Source of the DNA: a virus
Taxonomy: Duplodnaviria > Caudoviricetes
Reading direction: 5' to 3' (one strand)
Virus record (IMG/VR): IMGVR_UViG_3300032271_000411
Span: 1 to 53,152 of that record
Length of the DNA: 53,152 bases
Part shown: positions 9,853 to 17,508 of the stretch, piece after piece
How the letters are laid out: each line of letters begins with the position of its first letter
How positions within the stretch are numbered: the stretch's first letter is position 1
The notes under the pieces: model-generated
Seen by the model: the letters and a program-made list of their open reading frames with translations, nothing else
Told to the model about the DNA's origin: nothing
Databases searched by the model: none
Program-made: the position numbers and the translations under genes

Positions 9853-10223
9853 TTCTTTAACCTGTTGCGGATGGCTTGGGCACACTCAGTCACATACCCG
9901 ATATAGCCTGTTGGCCCTTCACCGCCATCTTCCATTCGTTGGGCTATGCCATCGGCAATCTTGGCGCACTCTTCGCGTTCAATAGCAATTGCAGTTTTGG
10001 TCGTGTCAATCGCCACCTGCATGATCTCGGCACGGGCGACCGCCAGGGCTTGGTCAAACTCTTCTTGCGTGAACAACGTAGCGCCTGTGCCGCGTGCAAA
10101 AAACTTCTTCTGAAAATCGGTTAGTTCTTTCATTTTTTTAAATATCCATAAGATGACAAAAATTACTAAGATAGCGCCATAAAACCAAAGCATCCATTCG
10201 CCTAGCTGGTGGGGGATGTTCAC
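9849..10223 (-). CDS. Hypothetical protein (EREECAK motif), start uncertain
   Basis: Coupled ORF in the leftward operon. Confidence 0.6.
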   Translation of the reverse strand: MNIPHQLGEWMLWFYGAILVIFVILWIFKKMKELTDFQKKFFARGTGATLFTQEEFDQALAVARAEIMQVAIDTTKTAIAIEREECAKIADGIAQRMEDGGEGPTGYIGYVTECAQAIRNRLKK

Positions 10224-10573
10224 TTCATTTCCCTACCAAGCTCTGCCGCTGCTCTAACGATTGCTCTGCGTGTGGCGGCATAGGGGTCGTTGCCCTTTAG
10301 TTGATTTAGCGTTTCCATTGACGAAGAATCCTTATCAACAACCCATCCCGCCATAACTTTTGTGTCGTAAATATCAATAAATAAACCCAACTTCACAGCC
10401 AGTCGCAGAGCCTCGCAATCATCAACCAACGGATTCCAGTAGTCTTCACCGTTCCAGATGGCTTCATCACGCCCGTAGCGAATGTCAAGCATCGAACCTT
10501 TCAGGTCGTTATATTCAATCTTTTCATACCCCGCAGCCTTTGCCGCGAGTTCTAACAGTTCACGGTCGTTCAT
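10220..10573 (-). CDS. Conserved phage hypothetical protein (WNPL..D..ALRLAV / ATRRAIVRAAAE family)
   Basis: Recognisable proteobacterial phage motif; 4-nt overlaps on both sides. Confidence 0.75.
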   Translation of the reverse strand: MNDRELLELAAKAAGYEKIEYNDLKGSMLDIRYGRDEAIWNGEDYWNPLVDDCEALRLAVKLGLFIDIYDTKVMAGWVVDKDSSSMETLNQLKGNDPYAATRRAIVRAAAELGREMK

Positions 10574-11061
10574 GTGTTTTTCTCTTCTAAAAATTCGCTG
10601 ATTTCAGTGATCAATTCCGCTCTTGTTAATTTGCTTTCAAAGAATTCACGACCCTCATTGACTGACAGACCGACCCATTCTTTGCGTGATGGTGCGTTGT
10701 TGGCACGATTAAATTGAAAATTTGCAAATGCAACTAACCCATCAATTGCAAAAACAGTTTCACGGTCTAAATCATCCCAAGGTTTTGCATTATTTCGCTG
10801 TCTTAATTTCTTAGCTGTATTTTCGGCTCGTTCAACCGATTCGCTTTTCAATATAGCCACAGGCTCTTGCTCAGGCTTGGCTAACTCAATCGGCTCACCA
10901 TTCAGCAGTTTTTTCATTTCTGCAAGCGTGGGAATTTTGCCTACTGGCTCAGGCTTGGCCAACTCAACTTCAAGTGCTTCGATAGCTTTAACTATTGAAT
11001 CACTTCTGTACAAGCCGCCATTTAACGCGTCCAACGCTTGTTGTAATAATTTATGGTTCAT
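10570..11061 (-). CDS. Modular hypothetical protein (ELAKPEQEPVA...WVGL)
   Basis: Coupled ORF; shares blocks with 11058..11576. Confidence 0.7.
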   Translation of the reverse strand: MNHKLLQQALDALNGGLYRSDSIVKAIEALEVELAKPEPVGKIPTLAEMKKLLNGEPIELAKPEQEPVAILKSESVERAENTAKKLRQRNNAKPWDDLDRETVFAIDGLVAFANFQFNRANNAPSRKEWVGLSVNEGREFFESKLTRAELITEISEFLEEKNT

Positions 11062-11576
11062 GTGTTGAGTTCCTTTAAACGGGCTTCAATGGCATGGGCA
11101 AAAGCATCTGTTGCGCCAGTATCTTTATGGTTAGCAACCCACAAATCAAGAATTTCTTCATCGGTCAGCCCGACCCACGGCCTGGTTGGCCGTGCAGTAG
11201 CCGCCTTGACCGCATCGACAAGCCACGTTGGCGGGGCTAGGTTAGCTTTCTCACGGTTACTAGCAAGGTAGGCAGACCAACGACCAATACACTCCCAAAG
11301 GTGCGATACAGGCTCTTGTTCGCAACATGGATTGTTTGTACACATTCCGACTGTTTCATCGTAGCCACACGCTGTAGGCTCTTGCTCAGGCTTTGCTAAC
11401 TCCTTAATGGAGTCGCACCAGCAAGGAATACCGTCTGTTATGTGTTCACGATTTAAAAGTGCCACGATTCGTCTAGTCAATTCCCTGCGGCTACGCTTTC
11501 CGCCATTTTCGTCCCATGCAACGATAGTTGTGTAGATTTGGTCATACGCTTGCTGTAATAGTTCACGATTATTCAT
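11058..11576 (-). CDS. Modular hypothetical protein (ELAKPEQEP...WVGLTDEEI...AIEARLKELNT)
   Basis: Coupled ORF, AAGGA RBS. Confidence 0.7.
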   Translation of the reverse strand: MNNRELLQQAYDQIYTTIVAWDENGGKRSRRELTRRIVALLNREHITDGIPCWCDSIKELAKPEQEPTACGYDETVGMCTNNPCCEQEPVSHLWECIGRWSAYLASNREKANLAPPTWLVDAVKAATARPTRPWVGLTDEEILDLWVANHKDTGATDAFAHAIEARLKELNT

Positions 11577-11607
11577 TGTTATTCCTTGTTATTCCTTGTT
11601 ATTCCTT
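11576..11607 (-). repeat. 3x 10-bp tandem repeat (AAGGAATAAC on minus strand), a triplicated RBS
   Basis: (TTGTTATTCC)3 directly visible. Confidence 0.9.
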
Positions 11608-11690
11608 AAAAAATCAATAACCGCATAAACAGTAAGACCAAGTAGTCCAATCATTAAGACAGAAAACAAAATCAAAATGGCTAGGTTCAT
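11589..11690 (-). CDS. Small membrane peptide (33 aa)
   Basis: MNLAILILFSVLMIGLLGLTVYAVIDFLRNNKE; ATGA overlap with the upstream gene. Confidence 0.55.
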   Translation of the reverse strand: MNLAILILFSVLMIGLLGLTVYAVIDFLRNNKE

Positions 11691-11914
11691 TTTTTATTCC
11701 TTGCTAAGATGTTCCAACATTCTGTCAACGCATCAGAAGCATCTTCAATGTAATCAAAGTCTGCTTCAAGGTTTAAACTCATTGCACAATGCTCATCATT
11801 TGTTTGAGTGCAAGTCACGTACAGCGTTTGCCATGCGTGACCATACATTTCAGATGCTGCCGTTGAATCTATTTTGACGGGGCTATTGCAGACGGGACAT
11901 GGCAGTAGGCTCAT
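11687..11914 (-). CDS. Zn-finger protein, Lar (restriction alleviation)-like
   Basis: LLPCPVC...C...C...WN pattern. Confidence 0.55.
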   Translation of the reverse strand: MSLLPCPVCNSPVKIDSTAASEMYGHAWQTLYVTCTQTNDEHCAMSLNLEADFDYIEDASDALTECWNILARNKK

Positions 11915-12393
11915 TTTTCCACCTCTGCCTTAGCGATTGCTGCCAATGCTTTTTGTTTGTCATCCCAAGAAATCATTATTTCTTGGTCAAATATTTGATC
12001 AGTTAAACATTTCAACGCCTCAAGCAACTCAGGCGCAGCGGCAATTAGTTTGGCGTTAGCTTCACCTTTTTCGTTTTGCGGCCCATCAACCGTGGCAACT
12101 TGACGCTGAGAATATCCCTCACCCGCATAAATAAAAAAACATTCAAAACCATCTTCAGGTGTTGATGCTGTGGCAGTCCACGGTGCTGCTGTGTGCTTGC
12201 TCATTTTGTCACCTTTGTTCGTTTGAGATATTCTTTGCGGGTTAGACCACGCCACAGGTTTTAATTTCCGTAATTCATTAGCAGCTGCAAGGGCTTCGTT
12301 TACTTCCCTTAAAGTATGCGGATACTGTCCGTGTGCTTCAAATAAAAACTCAACTTTTCTAAGAGCCGCAATAATTAAATCAATCTTGTCCAT
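11911..12393 (-). CDS. Hypothetical fusion protein; internal start at 12204 (MSKHTAAPW...ANAKLIAAAPELLEAL family)
   Basis: MDKIDL start at 12393; the C-terminal half is a common phage family with its own RBS/ATG. Confidence 0.65.
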   Translation of the reverse strand: MDKIDLIIAALRKVEFLFEAHGQYPHTLREVNEALAAANELRKLKPVAWSNPQRISQTNKGDKMSKHTAAPWTATASTPEDGFECFFIYAGEGYSQRQVATVDGPQNEKGEANAKLIAAAPELLEALKCLTDQIFDQEIMISWDDKQKALAAIAKAEVEK

Positions 12394-12634
12394 TATTGCC
12401 CCTTGCTCTAATTGCATCGGCACAATGAACATTTGCTTCATTAAAATCAGGAGCGTTATATCTACTTTCACATACCCGAGCACAAGCCTCACGCTCTGAA
12501 AAAATTGCCTGTCTGATTCCTGCTTCAATTGCTTGCATAGCTGCTGCTTCGCAATCCTTGAAGCCTTTGTCATACATCTCCATGAGCATTTTGTTCAAAT
12601 CTTGAGATAGCTCTGTTTTCATTTGCTCATTCAT
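12380..12634 (-). CDS. Hypothetical protein (EREACA...ADAIRARG family)
   Basis: Motif and coupling. Confidence 0.7.
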   Translation of the reverse strand: MNEQMKTELSQDLNKMLMEMYDKGFKDCEAAAMQAIEAGIRQAIFSEREACARVCESRYNAPDFNEANVHCADAIRARGNNGQD

Positions 12635-12903
12635 TTTTCACCCTTAAAAATATTTTCAATGTCTTTTGCTAAAACTCCAACTTGCCAGGCAACTGATTTT
12701 GCACAGTCCATTTCATACTCATCGGCGGCAAACTGTTCTGCCTTACCAACAATCGCCATAGATTTATTTTTTGCAAGTTGAGCGCATTCATTAGCTACTA
12801 GCTCTGCAAAAAGCTCAAGTGAATGATCGCCACATTGCCAGAAACATCCTAGCGTGTTGGTTAGCCCTGCCCATTCAGCTAATTGTTTAATTTTTTTGTT
12901 CAC
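12631..12903 (-). CDS. Hypothetical protein (IKQLAE.AG...LE.FAELV..EC)
   Basis: GGAGG RBS, GTG start, coupled. Confidence 0.7.
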   Translation of the reverse strand: MNKKIKQLAEWAGLTNTLGCFWQCGDHSLELFAELVANECAQLAKNKSMAIVGKAEQFAADEYEMDCAKSVAWQVGVLAKDIENIFKGEK

Positions 12904-13097
12904 TTTTCCACCTCCAGTGGTACGTCACGCCATTCCCCATCGGGCTGCAGCCATCCGTTATCTTCATAATCCCAAAATTGCTGAAGTATTTTTACTTTTT
13001 CGCGCCGTGCAAAATATGCATTTCCTTGAATATATTGACCTATAGGCACAATAATCTCGCGCTCAACAAGGCGCAGTTTGTTGGTAGGTAATATCAC
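12900..13097 (-). CDS. Hypothetical protein (LQQ.W...GEWRDVP)
   Basis: GGAGG RBS, coupled. Confidence 0.7.
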   Translation of the reverse strand: MILPTNKLRLVEREIIVPIGQYIQGNAYFARREKVKILQQFWDYEDNGWLQPDGEWRDVPLEVEK

Positions 13098-13399
13098 AAT
13101 ACCTCCGCTGACTTTAATTGGCCTGTTACCCCATCAAATGCGCATCTGATACGATTTTTTCCTTTTGTATCAATGTTTACAAACGATTCTGAGAATCTCA
13201 ACCCTACCAAACTGTTTGACTCTAAATAAAAAACCTTAACGATGTCTGGTATTGGCTCAGGCTTGATGCGGTAGTTGTGATCGTCTAACCAACGTGGGCT
13301 ATCAACATCATCCCAACGGTCTTCAAACTGATGATGATGTTGAATCTTCGCCCCATCAGCCCAAGCGTGTATGAGGTCTGCGTGTTTATGCTTATTCAT
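13094..13399 (-). CDS. Hypothetical protein (HKHADLI.AWADGA.IQ...YRIKP)
   Basis: Common phage motif; start reassigned to MNKHKH. Confidence 0.7.
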   Translation of the reverse strand: MNKHKHADLIHAWADGAKIQHHHQFEDRWDDVDSPRWLDDHNYRIKPEPIPDIVKVFYLESNSLVGLRFSESFVNIDTKGKNRIRCAFDGVTGQLKSAEVL

Positions 13400-13565
13400 T
13401 TTCAGCCTCTGCTTTAAGCCAATCAACGTAGTGAAACAACGCATCAACCACATCTGGCTCTAACGCCACCACACGATTTTCGTGATCGTTGACGGCCAGC
13501 CAAACGTGATAACCGTCAAAGCTCGCGTACACTCCGTCACCTAAATATTTATTTAATTCGCTCAT
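13392..13565 (-). CDS. Hypothetical protein (YLGDGVYASFDG)
   Basis: Start reassigned to the ATG overlapping the upstream stop. Confidence 0.7.
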   Translation of the reverse strand: MSELNKYLGDGVYASFDGYHVWLAVNDHENRVVALEPDVVDALFHYVDWLKAEAENE

Positions 13566-13774
13566 TTCGTCACCTTTGTTTGTTTGAGATATTCTTTGCG
13601 GGTCAGGCCACGCCACTTTATTACTCCTAATGGCATGTTAGAAATAAAACCTATGCCATCCCATTGCAACTTGGTTGTTGCTATAAAACTTCCTAGCACT
13701 ATGCAGTAGCATTCGTAAACACCGTTACGCACTGGGTGAATATCTCGGGGGTACCATCTTGTGCAACCTTTCAC
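13562..13774 (-). CDS. Hypothetical protein (T.W.P....PVR.GVYE...WRGL)
   Basis: Common phage motif; coupled. Confidence 0.7.
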   Translation of the reverse strand: MKGCTRWYPRDIHPVRNGVYECYCIVLGSFIATTKLQWDGIGFISNMPLGVIKWRGLTRKEYLKQTKVTK

Positions 13775-14025
13775 AAATCCACCCCACTTAATGTATGTTG
13801 CAACGCCAGATAGGCATATAAAATCTGTTGATGATGTTTGCTCCCTTCAAGTAACGATTGCGCTAAGTCCAACGATTCTTTTGCCTGCTCCATGACAGAC
13901 TTAAACTCACGGGCTGCAGCCAAGGCTTGTGCTATGTGCATGAAATAACCTGCTGGGTAAACAACACCTTTAATAGGGTGCTCTGCAGATAAAAGCGCAT
14001 CAATAATTAAATCAACTTGTTTCAT
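13771..14025 (-). CDS. Hypothetical protein (N-terminus paralogous to the 12393 gene)
   Basis: MKQVDLIIDAL...ALAAARE versus MDKIDLIIAAL...ALAAANE. Confidence 0.65.
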   Translation of the reverse strand: MKQVDLIIDALLSAEHPIKGVVYPAGYFMHIAQALAAAREFKSVMEQAKESLDLAQSLLEGSKHHQQILYAYLALQHTLSGVDL

Positions 14026-14414
14026 ACAATCCCCGCCCAGTTATCGTCAATGTAATTTTTAAACGCAGGGCTAGGTTCATCCCTTGCTCTGATTAAATAG
14101 GCACACTCTTGTGCTGTTTTATCCCGCACATACTTGTTACCGCCGACAGTTGACTTGTTATTTTGAACCTGACCATAATGGATTGTCTCAAGGCACAGCG
14201 CTGCACAAGCCTCACGCTCGGCTAACACCGCCTCTTCAATCAGGTACTTTGGGTTGCCCCATTGTTGTGTTTTTTCAGGCCTGCTTAACTCTGCTTCTAT
14301 TCTTGAAATAATGTTTAGATAGTGCCCAGTTTGACCTACAGCAAACTCTCGGCCATTCATTAACGAACGCATTGCATCACGGGCAAGTTGTAATAAATCA
14401 TGTTCTAAAGTCAT
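14022..14414 (-). CDS. Hypothetical protein (EREACA motif)
   Basis: Coupled ORF. Confidence 0.65.
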   Translation of the reverse strand: MTLEHDLLQLARDAMRSLMNGREFAVGQTGHYLNIISRIEAELSRPEKTQQWGNPKYLIEEAVLAEREACAALCLETIHYGQVQNNKSTVGGNKYVRDKTAQECAYLIRARDEPSPAFKNYIDDNWAGIV

Positions 14415-14599
14415 CTCTCACCCCCAAGTATCTCAACGGCCTTGCGACCCAGTTCAAGCGTTATCGCCTGGCGCAGCCTTAGGATCTCGTCTGAATAGTT
14501 AGAACACGTTTTCATCAACGACTTGATTTGCATATCTTGGTATTTGATATGGCTCTCAAGTTGATCAACCATTGTTTGATTCTCGCGTTGCTCTTTCAT
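14411..14599 (-). CDS. Hypothetical coiled-coil protein
   Basis: Coupled ORF. Confidence 0.6.
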   Translation of the reverse strand: MKEQRENQTMVDQLESHIKYQDMQIKSLMKTCSNYSDEILRLRQAITLELGRKAVEILGGER

Positions 14600-14854
14600 T
14601 CAAAATCCCCTCAAAATTTCAATAGCGGCCTTAACATCAAACTCGGTGCCAGATTGCAACGCGGCCAGAGCGGCACGACCCCGTGCTCGAAGTCGCACGA
14701 TGTCAGCGGCGTACTCGTGGATGTTGGTGTGCAGCGCCTCATTGGATTTTTGTAAATCTCGAATAAGTGTCGCGGCCTCCTCTTGTTCTCCGTGAGTCAT
14801 AAAAAACCCGTTCTCCAGGTTGCGCAATATTTTGTTAGGGCTCAATGGGTTCAT
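14600..14854 (-). CDS. Hypothetical protein
   Basis: Coupled ORF. Confidence 0.6.
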   Translation of the reverse strand: MNPLSPNKILRNLENGFFMTHGEQEEAATLIRDLQKSNEALHTNIHEYAADIVRLRARGRAALAALQSGTEFDVKAAIEILRGF

Positions 14855-15126
14855 GGTTTCAATCCAAAGGGGTTGTGGGCATAAAAGTTATTTGTCTCTG
14901 TGCGTGGCACTTCAACTGGCTTAATAAAAATAAAAGATGGCTTTGTAAAAGTAACTGAACGGTTTTTAAGACTGCCATGCTTGATCAACTGTTTAGATAG
15001 AGTTAAGTTTTTAAGTATTGCGCCAGTCATTCTCTTGCTTAAATCTAGCATTTCAACAATTTCATTCAAAGTGCGCGGTATAGCGCAAAACTCAAGTATC
15101 TTTTTTTGTGACTCAATGATGTTCAT
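14851..15126 (-). CDS. Putative winged-helix DNA-binding protein
   Basis: KILEFC..PRTL.EI.EML.LS...LKNL....L pattern. Confidence 0.5.
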   Translation of the reverse strand: MNIIESQKKILEFCAIPRTLNEIVEMLDLSKRMTGAILKNLTLSKQLIKHGSLKNRSVTFTKPSFIFIKPVEVPRTETNNFYAHNPFGLKP

Positions 15127-15292
15127 TTTTCATACACCTATCAAACGTGTCGCACTTGACTGGGTGCAAGCACCGACAGGCGTGCTTAAACGGGTCTACA
15201 GGCGGCTTGTAACGGGTAACCCATACCCAAGCTAGGCATAGCACGATTAGCGCTACAAAACCCACCACAACCATTAAATCTATTTGTCCCAT
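15113..15292 (-). CDS. Small membrane protein (59 aa, Cys-rich tail)
   Basis: Translated by hand: MGQIDLMVVVGFVALIVLCLAWVW...; GGAGG RBS. Confidence 0.55.
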   Translation of the reverse strand: MGQIDLMVVVGFVALIVLCLAWVWVTRYKPPVDPFKHACRCLHPVKCDTFDRCMKNEHH

Positions 15293-15453
15293 ACGCGCCT
15301 CCCGTCGGGGTAGACGAGCGAGCTCGCAACCCGCGAGGGTTGGTCGAGAACCTTTAATGAGTCTGGCCGCATGGCAACCTGGGCGAGGGTGAGCCCCTTG
15401 TAGGGCGGGCGGTCAAACTTATCAATCTTTTGGACGTCCTTTGGTTTTTTCAT
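15280..15453 (-). CDS. Small hypothetical protein (57 aa, MKKPKDVQKIDKFDRPPY...MRPDSL..L..PSR)
   Basis: Translated by hand; fills the gap in the operon. Confidence 0.6.
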   Translation of the reverse strand: MKKPKDVQKIDKFDRPPYKGLTLAQVAMRPDSLKVLDQPSRVASSLVYPDGRRVWDK

Positions 15454-15455
15454 GA

Positions 15456-15542
15456 TCAGTTTGTCCAGATCAAAAAAATCATTATGACAACAAAGCCCAG
15501 GAACCCGCAGGCCTCTTTGAGGATAAAGCGCCAGTTACGCAT
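15456..15542 (-). CDS. Small hydrophobic peptide (28 aa)
   Basis: AGGAG RBS within the repeated hairpin module; MRNWRFILKEACGFLGFVVIMIFLIWTN. Confidence 0.5.
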   Translation of the reverse strand: MRNWRFILKEACGFLGFVVIMIFLIWTN

Positions 15543-15589
15543 GTAATCTCCTAGCCCCCCGAGGGGGGTAATTGGTTTATGTTAAAAAT

Positions 15590-15904
15590 CTACGCACAAA
15601 TCCTGCAGGCGTAGCGCTCACAGTCATTCGTGTCATGGTGGTACTTGCGACCAAAAATAGGCACAGGGGTATCAAAATACTCAACGTCGTAACCCTCGTC
15701 GTCGATGTGGCAAACCTCATCCTTGCCAATCCAAGAATCCTTTGCCGCAACCACAAACATTGCCTCGCCGTTGCCAAAATTCAATGACTCTTCAACTTGG
15801 GCTGCGACTGCTAACACTTCCGCATCTGTAAAACTCTTTTGCTTATGCAGATCAGACAGGTGCATGCGGATTTCTTTTAAGCCTTGCTCATTTACTGTTT
15901 TCAT
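15590..15904 (-). CDS. Hypothetical protein
   Basis: AAGGA RBS. Confidence 0.65.
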   Translation of the reverse strand: MKTVNEQGLKEIRMHLSDLHKQKSFTDAEVLAVAAQVEESLNFGNGEAMFVVAAKDSWIGKDEVCHIDDEGYDVEYFDTPVPIFGRKYHHDTNDCERYACRICA

Positions 15905-15913
15905 GTCGGATCC

Positions 15914-16042
15914 TTAGTTACTAGTGATCTTGGTGGCCAACAACTGGCGTGCCTTGATTGCCGCCTCGGACTTCGGGTCAGCGTCTCGCAAGAGCTCCAA
16001 GACAACTGAGAGAAGGGTCATACTCCATTCTTGTAATGCCAT
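15914..16042 (-). CDS. Small hypothetical protein (42 aa)
   Basis: Translated by hand, MALQEWSMTLL...; AGGAG RBS. Confidence 0.55.
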   Translation of the reverse strand: MALQEWSMTLLSVVLELLRDADPKSEAAIKARQLLATKITSN

Positions 16043-16075
16043 GTCGATCTCCTAGCCCCCGCAGGGGCGTTTGTT

Positions 16076-16369
16076 TTAATGTTCAAAGGCAACGCAAACG
16101 GTGCAGCCGCTGCGTACGCAATCGTGGTTCTTTTTGTACTTGATGGCGTCTAAAGAAGTCGGTGGGTCTACTAGGTCGTAGTCTTCGTCTTTAATTTCAA
16201 AGTATTTGGCTCCAGTTCCGCAGCCAGTGTGCTCAAGGCCACGCTCAGTTTCGGCTGATGTTTTGCGGAATTTAGGCAAGCCTGTTACAGGTGACAAGCC
16301 TAATGGGCGTTTGCACTCTAGCCCTAGCTTGGTGTTGTCAAAGTGTTTGCAGTCAATACAAAGTTTCAT
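16076..16369 (-). CDS. Cys-rich hypothetical protein (CIDCKHF...CG..AKYFE)
   Basis: Motif, RBS. Confidence 0.7.
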   Translation of the reverse strand: MKLCIDCKHFDNTKLGLECKRPLGLSPVTGLPKFRKTSAETERGLEHTGCGTGAKYFEIKDEDYDLVDPPTSLDAIKYKKNHDCVRSGCTVCVAFEH

Positions 16370-16403
16370 GATCTGTCCTAGCCCCCCGAAGGGGGCGGTT
16401 GGT

Positions 16404-16712
16404 TTATTTCTTTGGGCTTACGCGGATGTCGGCACGGCCTTCTTTGCGGAAGGTATCCAAGACTGCGTCGCTGATGCCGTACTTCTCGCACACCGCGGCG
16501 TAGTCAACTGAGCCGGTTACGGGCACGAGTTTGACTTCAACGCTGTGCAGCTCGCCTGCGTGTTTGCCTTCGCCGTACTTGTTGGCGATGTCGCCTTTCA
16601 TTTGTTTGACTTGCTCGGCCAAGGCCTTAGCTTGCTGGTCGAGCACATAGAGTGCGTCGATGTCGCTTGCAAGGGTCAGTGCCAAATTCTCGGTGGTAGT
16701 AATTGCGTTCAT
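16404..16712 (-). CDS. Hypothetical protein, first gene of an early operon
   Basis: GGAG RBS, downstream of the promoter. Confidence 0.7.
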   Translation of the reverse strand: MNAITTTENLALTLASDIDALYVLDQQAKALAEQVKQMKGDIANKYGEGKHAGELHSVEVKLVPVTGSVDYAAVCEKYGISDAVLDTFRKEGRADIRVSPKK

Positions 16713-16780
16713 GGTGTAGCTCCGGTCTGTGAATCAGGTTGAAGGTTTGGTTAATGCGTTTTTTACTGCTTACTGCTGAG

Positions 16781-16825
16781 ACAAATATTAACACGATTAA
16801 CAACAAAAACACACAATGTTTATAC
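16781..16825 (-). promoter_or_regulatory. Putative early promoter (extended -10 TGTTAATAT)
   Basis: AT-rich; 15/16 match to the promoter at 26877-26892. Confidence 0.55.
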
Positions 16826-16842
16826 TTTGTTGTAATAAAGAA

Positions 16843-16992
16843 TCACTTCTTTATAACTAAACCTTTTTTAATGTAGTACAGGATCTGTGCGCTCATTGTG
16901 CGTGTTTCTAGTTCACAGGCCGCCTGCAACTGAGCCAGAATCGACTCTGGCAGGCGCACAGTAACGAATTTCTCTTTAAGTTCTTTCTTCAT
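16843..16992 (-). CDS. Arc-like ribbon-helix-helix DNA-binding protein (49 aa)
   Basis: Translated by hand: FVTVRLPESILAQLQAACELETRTMSAQILYYIKKG. Confidence 0.7.
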   Translation of the reverse strand: MKKELKEKFVTVRLPESILAQLQAACELETRTMSAQILYYIKKGLVIKK

Positions 16993-17338
16993 TTAAAAAC
17001 TCCAGTATTTGTGCCTTGGCGTGTTCAGCACCTTTGCCCACAATAACATGGTATCCCACACTTTGTAAATAATCGATCATGCCAAACTGTTCGTCGCTTA
17101 CCGCGCCGCCCTTAGTTCGCTTCATCTCAACCCACAACTTCCACTCTGGCACAAACAAGTCGGGGATACCAGGCACCACACCCTCGACCTTTAACTTGCC
17201 GGCCGTGGCCTTGCTGCGAGCGCCACCATTGGGCACCGCAAAAATTAAGACGTTGGGGTAGCTGCGCCTGAACCATTGCACAAGCGTGGATTGTTCGACG
17301 TGCTCAGAGGGCACGGCAGTTTTTTTTAAAATGGGCAT
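16976..17338 (-). CDS. VRR-NUC domain nuclease
   Basis: SEH.EQ...AVPNGG...GV.PG.PDL....W.EMK..KGG..S.EQ. Confidence 0.85.
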   Translation of the reverse strand: MPILKKTAVPSEHVEQSTLVQWFRRSYPNVLIFAVPNGGARSKATAGKLKVEGVVPGIPDLFVPEWKLWVEMKRTKGGAVSDEQFGMIDYLQSVGYHVIVGKGAEHAKAQILEFLNEERT

Positions 17339-17508
17339 TCAAACTCCCACTTGTCGCACGCGTCAACGGTGGCCGCAAACTCCTCGGGCGGTTCTGTCTT
17401 GTAAATCTCACATACACCGACGCGGCTATAGTGATGACAAGTGTGGCAGCACTTTGGTTCTTTTAACTTTTCGATCTCAAGCAAAAATATCGGTTTCTTG
17501 TGGCGCAC
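17326..17508 (-). CDS. Small Cys-rich protein
   Basis: CCHTCHHY...C...C..W...PF; overlaps both neighbours. Confidence 0.65.
   Translation of the reverse strand: MRHKKPIFLLEIEKLKEPKCCHTCHHYSRVGVCEIYKTEPPEEFAATVDACDKWEFECPF

Larger units (their letters stand above)
12200..13616. repeat. 56-bp direct repeat pair (12200-12255 and 13561-13616, 52/56 identical)
   Basis: Manual alignment. Confidence 0.9.
15543..16403 (-). repeat. Three copies of an intergenic hairpin+RBS module (15543-15580, 16043-16075, 16370-16403)
   Basis: Minus strand: A/C-rich spacer, CCCC(C)-loop-GGGGGC, TAGGA(G/C), 5-6 nt, ATG in each copy. Confidence 0.85.

Noticed and set aside
12394-12573. N-terminal extension of ORF 11911..12573
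   Set aside because: Overlaps the better supported gene 12380..12634; the start at 12393 has a paralogous N-terminus
15543-16403. CRISPR array or integron attC sites
   Set aside because: Copies are degenerate and separated by whole genes; no cas1/cas2 or integron integrase; no GTTRRRY core sites recognised
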